DNA of 40,707 nucleotides from Psammoneis japonica (Eukaryota). The notes under the pieces were generated by a model. That model had not been told where the DNA came from. It saw nothing but the letters and a program-made list of their open reading frames with translations, and searched no databases. Below are positions 35,117 through 40,707 of this stretch, one piece after another; the first letter of the stretch is position 1, and each line of letters begins with the position of its first letter. The translations under genes were made by a program, and so were the position numbers. The stretch spans positions 76,365 through 117,071 of the forward strand of contig QPGO01000210.1 in assembly GCA_008632985.1 (NCBI GenBank). The letters are read 5' to 3'.

Positions 35117-36150
35117 ATGCTGCTGAGGGCATCCAGCTTGGTTCCGCGAAGTGGAGCTGCAGCGATTCTTCAATGGCAAAGACACCAGCACATCAATGCG
35201 ATCCATTGCTCATTGGTGCAACCAACTGGATCCATGCTGAATGACTGGCAACAGCGATCGAACAAACTTGGTGGGCGTGTTGATCAGCTCTCAATGTGTC
35301 TGCACCTCATGGGTTGCGCCTGCATGCCAACGAAGATGAAACCACGGCATTGTTCATTGCGGGTCAAGGCGAAAAGATCTGTGGATGAGCCATCATTTCC
35401 AAGTGAGTGAAGGAGATGAAACTCAACTTGAAAAGAGGGTCCACTGGGGCATCCCAGGCAATGTCACCCATCAACACAGCCAAACGCAAAATGTTCTGGA
35501 GCATGCCCCCACCCCTTGGTTTTCATCTTGTTGTGAGAAGGCATCTTGCCGACTTTGATGAGTTTGGCATCATGTCAAACCAAGTCAATCGAAAACATGG
35601 GCATGCTTTTGTTGGTTTGCGTGTCAAAAAACTTGGGCACTGTGTCCGTGGTGTGAAGTTTGCCATGATTTTGTGTGTTGAGCCAGGTGACCCCTGACTT
35701 CCTCCCCACATGTGCATGGCAGCGTGCAGCGGCCTTGACGGTGGACAAGTGTGAGGCAAGTTGGAGGTGCAGACCAATTTGTGTTTGCTGATTTTGTCAA
35801 CCAGGTGCTGTCTTCAATCAAGGCGAACCCATTGCTGGTCTGGATGACCGCCAAACTTTGATGTGGGACAGTCTCAATTCTCGTCTCACTCCACTTGTGA
35901 CCCAAACAGTGGAAAGTCGCAACACTCCAGGACATCACTTTGAAATTGTCCAGAGACCGCCCCACCAGCCAGCCCAAGGACAGTCCTGTGGAGCATGCCA
36001 TTTGCCAGATCATGAACCGGCTCAAGGACCAGCTTTTTTCCATCAACAGCCTCCACAATCTGGAGCAACAAATCTGCGCAGTTGCCACCCAAGAGTTGCA
36101 CGGCATTGACAATGCCTTTCACAACTGTGGCTGCATTTGGGGCTGGTGCA
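35117..36150 (+). mobile_element. Degenerate Tc1/IS630-like DDE transposase remnant
   Basis: LADFDEFG (first D), LMWDSL (second D), and IVQRPPHQP + DSPVEHAI (compare the PxYSPDLNPIE motif) in order across frameshifts. Confidence 0.7.
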
Positions 36151-39150
36151 ATGGAACAAAACAGACAGAGGTCAACTCCAGACTTTGACTCGTGTCGACA
36201 GCTTGTGCCACTGCCAACATCATGAGCAAGAAACAAGCAGTGCTGTTTTTCCATCAAGTCCACAGCCCATTGGCACATGCAGCACCTGCAGTCATGATGA
36301 TTCTCTTGACTGCAGTGCAACTCAGACAACCCAAATGGATGACAATTGACTTTTCACCCAGCTCAGCTCAAGGCAACACGTGGCAATGTCAAGCGCAATT
36401 TCCATGATGTCTTGCAAACCGATTTCCTGCATGGCATCACCCTCAGCAATGGAGACCATTTCATCACCTTGAGTGAGGTTGCGACAGAGGGCGCGGAGCT
36501 TTTTTCTCTCTGCAAAATGCAAAAAATGGGTGGAATCCAAGATGCCCGGGAAACGGAAGAACAGACAATGAGTGAGAACACAGATTGATTGCAAATGAAA
36601 CGCTGACAAAACAAAAGAGGAGCAAGCTCACCCGGATTTGCATCACACAAGTTGGCCATGTTGCGAAGGGTTGCATCCATGACTCATTTGGCCATGCTTT
36701 TCTTCAGAGTTTGGCGCACAGGAGTTGCCAAGGCCTCGTCCGAAGCCTCCGGACTGTTGTCACGCATTTCAATGACCTGCTCTTGAGGTGGCAATTGAGC
36801 AACCAAGGGCCCTTTTCCACTGGAACCTTGTGCTGCAATCAAAGGATCCAGCCTGCTGTGGCAAAGACTGCTGTTGGTGGCACTGCCGCTGGCGCCTCCA
36901 GAGCTGTTGCACTTGAGCTGCCTTGCTTCACTCACATGCTCACAAGCATTGTCAATGTGCGGCACTGCTCTGTCAGACATGGAAGCAAATCCCGCAACAC
37001 CAAGCCCTTCCAAGGTGACATTGCACTGGCTTTTGCTCTCATCGCTGCCTTGACTGGCACACATCATGCCGTTCCTGATGTTGTCACCAGTGAGACCTTG
37101 TGGCATTTCAAGCTGCCTCTGTGGTGCAGCCCCAGCAGCCTGGTTCTCAAAATCTTTTGCGTGCTTTTCAAGGCAGACATCCCTCATGATCTTGGTTCTC
37201 TGGATGCCGAGAAATGGAAATCACAGTGGGCCGCTCCAAAAAACACAAGCACATGAACCCACAGATCTGTGTCTTTTTTACATGGATTTTTTTTAGCTGT
37301 CCACCTGGGCTGCCAATCTTGATCTTTGTCAGAGCTTGAAAGGGCAAATGGAACCCTGCATTTTTTCATTCAATGCCCAATGACGCCACCATGACATTCA
37401 GCACCCATGATGGCTCAAGTTTTGTCACCTTGTGGCAACAAGAAGAACCTTTGTAGAACGGGCGCAATGCATGTGATCATGAGGGTGTTGTCTCAGCATC
37501 ATGAAGCACTTGTGATTGGCTTGTGTTTGATTTTAGACACAGCAAAACCATGCAGCAGATTTTGCAAACAGCGGCAATGGCCGCCCTGTTGTTGCGGAAA
37601 AGGGACAGGTGACCTTTCCATTGAATCCTCCACATTTGTTTTGGCCACGTGAGGTTCCATCATCGCGCTCGCCTTGGCTCTGGAGGCCTTGCAGCTTGCA
37701 TTTGTGACGACACAACAACAGTGCAATTTTTTGCATGACAAACAATGCACCGTGTTCTTCACATGAGTTGCCACAGCTCATCTCATCTTTTGCACTGTGG
37801 GTCATTGCTCAATCAACATTGTCAACTGCATTGAGTGGCGTGATGATTGATTGATGAGAAGTTGCCACAAAAGGGATTCCAAAGCACCGCTGCATTTCAC
37901 GCCCATTTTTGTTGTTGAGATTCCTTCTTGTTTGTGTCACAAGGCACAAAATCTGGCAGACGTGCCTTCGCGTCTTCCAGATTCATGCAAAAAAGACACA
38001 AATCCATGTGCTCATGACCCGATGATTCCGCGCAACACAAATTTGTGTTTTCATGTTTTCCGGAGTGACCCAGCATCAGCAGAGCCACAATGAAAAGAAT
38101 TGGCAAACAACACCACCTTCAATGAACTTGCCTTGCACATTGTGTGGCTTGTGTTGCATGGGCAGCAACAAATGGCACAACACACTGCTTCCTTTCAATG
38201 CGGTGAAGCCGATGTCATTCTTTCAACATGCTTGCTGGTTTTGCTCATGGTCTCTGTTCAACCATTTGCTTGTCAACCCATCTTTTCAATGGCGCCAGGC
38301 ACCCACTCCTTTGAATCTTTCATGCTTCCATGATGCTCAGCTGTGTCCTTGCCCACGTCTCTGATCCAACACAACCTTGCTGTGCCCTCTTTCAGCAGAC
38401 CCTTGACAACTTCCCCACAGCAAGGTCCTCCAGTGATTGTCTCTTTGCCTTCATCCAGCAGCTGTTGCCACAATCCACTACATGAGTTGTGCATTTGGGT
38501 TCTTGATGCTTTCCAACTGGCCTTTCTGGCTTCTGTGTTGGGATTTCATGGCTTGCCAATTGGTGCGTGCTTGCTGGTCTCACCAACCCCCAAACTCACT
38601 GCATGGATTGCAAACACAGCCATTTTCTTCACTGCTGCAGACAATGGCAACATTTTCATGTGTTGCTCACTGCATCTTCATGGGTTTTGCAGACTTGGCG
38701 CCCTTCCAGCCTCTTGTCTTGTGCCTCACTGTGAGTCTAGAAGGCAGTGGACATTCAGGGGATTGGGGTTGGCAGCTGAAGGCCTTCATGTGGAGGGCAT
38801 CAACAATGATGGGAGCAATGCACATTTTTGCAAGATGAGTCACAGTGCAAAGGATGAATCTCTGCTTTCTGTTGCTGGGGTGGGCATGTTGGTGACTCTG
38901 AACAAGACAAAAACTGTGCGCATGGGTGACTTTAGAGAGCAGCTGCTTTGGTCCAGGGCACTGCCACCACCTCAGCAGGACTGTGCGCTGATGACATGAC
39001 ACAGCAACGCTGCCAAATGGGAGCAACAACCACACACAAATGCATCCAATGTGCAGCACACACACAAACATGTGTGCTCATGAGTTGCTGCTGTGACAGC
39101 AGCCAGGAAAACAGGGAACAAATCTGCGTGTGTGACTGTGCCCATTTGTC
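36150..39150. repeat. TpA-depleted nested repeat remnants, families not identified
   Basis: TpA nearly absent and CpG low; diverged inverted repeats at 37225-37290/37980-38075 and 37785-37806/38835-38858. Confidence 0.55.
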
Positions 39151-39154
39151 CACC

Positions 39155-39252
39155 TTTGGCAAGTTTTGCAAGTTTGTCAACTTTGGCAATTTTGGCAAGT
39201 TTGGTGACTTTGGTGACTTTGGCAAGTTTGCTGAGTTTGGCGAATTGGCAAG
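39155..39252. repeat. 9-bp tandem repeat (tttggYRav), about 11 units
   Basis: tttggcaag ttttgcaag tttgtcaac tttggcaat tttggcaag tttggtgac tttggtgac tttggcaag tttgctgag tttggcgaa ttggcaag. Confidence 0.92.
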
Positions 39253-39268
39253 CAATGGGAGCATCTCA

Positions 39269-40360
39269 ATGTTTGTCAAGAAACAGATTGCTGGTGGCAA
39301 CATGGACACTTCAAATTGGTCAGGAACTTGGGAGGAATGGGCAAAAAAGGCGGCAAAAAGGCAAATTGACAATTGCAGAAACACGGTGTGTTCGGCTGAT
39401 GGGGCGGAGGCAATGGCCTGCAAGCCAAGTGACCAATGTGTGTGATTCGAGAGTTGCGCGCATCTCACAAGAAGATGGCGGTGATGCTTCATCCATGTGG
39501 GCGTTGTCGCTGACAAAGAGGGAAAGGAAAAAGAAAAGAAACTCAAGGCGGCAGTCAGGAGGAAAAAGCAAGGCAGGAAAAAGTCAAGCCGGAACAAGAA
39601 TGAAGAGAATGACATCCCATTTGTGCCGACATGGGATCCGTTTAGCCTGGACACCATCGCCGGCAGCAAACGGAGGAACAAGCAGGCATGCAAGTGGTTC
39701 TGTGATCACATCCTGCCTCAAACCATTCAAAAGCAGGCACGGAGCAGCACCATCAAAACTGGGAATGCACAGGTCTCACAGTTGTTTGCGGTCAGTGACA
39801 AAGCTTTGGCGCTGTTGGCCATGGAGAATTGTTGGCAGGTGTGGGCATGCAGGAACAAGGAGGAGGCGGTGGAAGAATTGGGTGAGGAAATGGAGCCCGA
39901 AGAAACAAGGCCTGCCCCTTGGCACATGAAGCCAAAGAAACAATGAGTGTCTTGGGGAGACGACGGAATCAATCGGTTCAACGATTTGTGCCAAGAGGTG
40001 ACGAAAGATGGAGACTCCAAGGAGGGAAAGGAGTTTGAAAAGTGGCATGCGGAGATCAAGAAAAGCGAGCACAAGAAGTCTGGAGAAGCAAAAAAGAAGA
40101 AGAAGAAAGCACCGACCGGTGATGCGGAGAAGGTGAAGGCAATGAACAGCCCAATGGCGGAGAGCCGCAGGGACAACAACAGCAACGACAATGAGCAGGA
40201 GGAAGGCGCAAAAGGCAAAACAAATGACGGAGGAGACGAGTCCGATGGAGACGAGTCCGATGATGATCGTTGGCTCAGCTCAAGAGAGTTGCAGCAAGAA
40301 AATGTGTGCACAGTCAACACAGCACTCGGTCATTGCACTGCAGACGTAACAAGGGATTGA
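39269..40360 (+). pseudogene. Degenerate transposon-associated ORF of unknown function
   Basis: Collinear fragments (WEEWAKKAAKRQIDNCRN; WFCDHILP; VSDKALALLAMENCW; WGDDGINRFNDLCQEV; acidic/basic tail) interrupted by TGA stops and frameshifts; no Tyr; lies between two 9-bp arrays. Confidence 0.5.
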
Positions 40361-40657
40361 CTTGACCGATGAAGTGCTTTTCTTGTTTAAAATGATGTTT
40401 GTGAAAATTGACAAACCAAGGATTGTGCGGCAATGCAATCACGCATTGGCATGTGGCAACAAGGCGGAGGCAGAAACAGTGATGTGGACACAGTGAAAAA
40501 TGGCACACATGATTCTTGACAAGTCATTGCAACATTGGTGCCAAACTTGCAACCGGAGGTTGGCCTGTCATCACACCACAACAATTTTTTGCAACATTTC
40601 GACAAATTGTCATCACGCAAATCTGCACATTTTTGACATTTCATGCACTCTGATGAA

Positions 40658-40707
40658 CTTTGGCAACTTTGGTTTGGCAACTTTGGCAATTTGGTGAGTT
40701 TGGCAAC
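40658..40707. repeat. Second array of the 9-bp tttggcaac repeat, cut by the window end
   Basis: tttggcaac tttgg tttggcaac tttggcaa tttggtgag tttggcaac. Confidence 0.85.

Noticed and set aside
39155..39252. 9-bp array as a telomeric repeat or a coding FGK/FGD repeat protein
   Set aside because: The array is degenerate, internal and unlike TTAGGG-type repeats; frames are open on both strands because TA is missing.

Overview
Eukaryotic DNA, most likely from a diatom: short GT-AG introns, signal-peptide+Phe plastid presequences and a diatom-type membrane LRR protein. The window alternates between two compartments with sharp borders. (1) Gene islands of ordinary composition (about 4620-17650 and 26120-34800) carry 5-oxoprolinase, an Erg28-like membrane protein, plastid FNR, an LRR membrane protein, a PAP2 lipid phosphatase, a toxin-like R-S-E ADP-ribosyltransferase, an atypical kinase-like protein, an SGNH-like membrane protein and a Qc-SNARE. 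They also hold a short non-autonomous Helitron2 and a TIR MITE. (2) Transposon blocks (1-4620, about 17700-26100, 34800-40707) hold a Ty3/Gypsy remnant, an 8.3-kb Helitron2 with Rep-helicase, a Tc1/IS630-like DDE remnant and unclassified repeats. The main observation is that the transposon blocks have lost almost all TpA dinucleotides, apparently by TpA->CpA/TpG transitions on both strands. Conserved Tyr residues, including both catalytic Tyr of the Helitron Rep, have become His or Cys, a GT splice donor appears to have become GC, and a paired repeat inside the window shows the TA->CA/TG changes directly. This looks like a repeat-targeted hypermutation process running opposite to fungal RIP; the mechanism is inference. 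Several single-base frameshifts in otherwise intact host genes suggest an imperfectly polished assembly. All counts are by eye; no searches were run.
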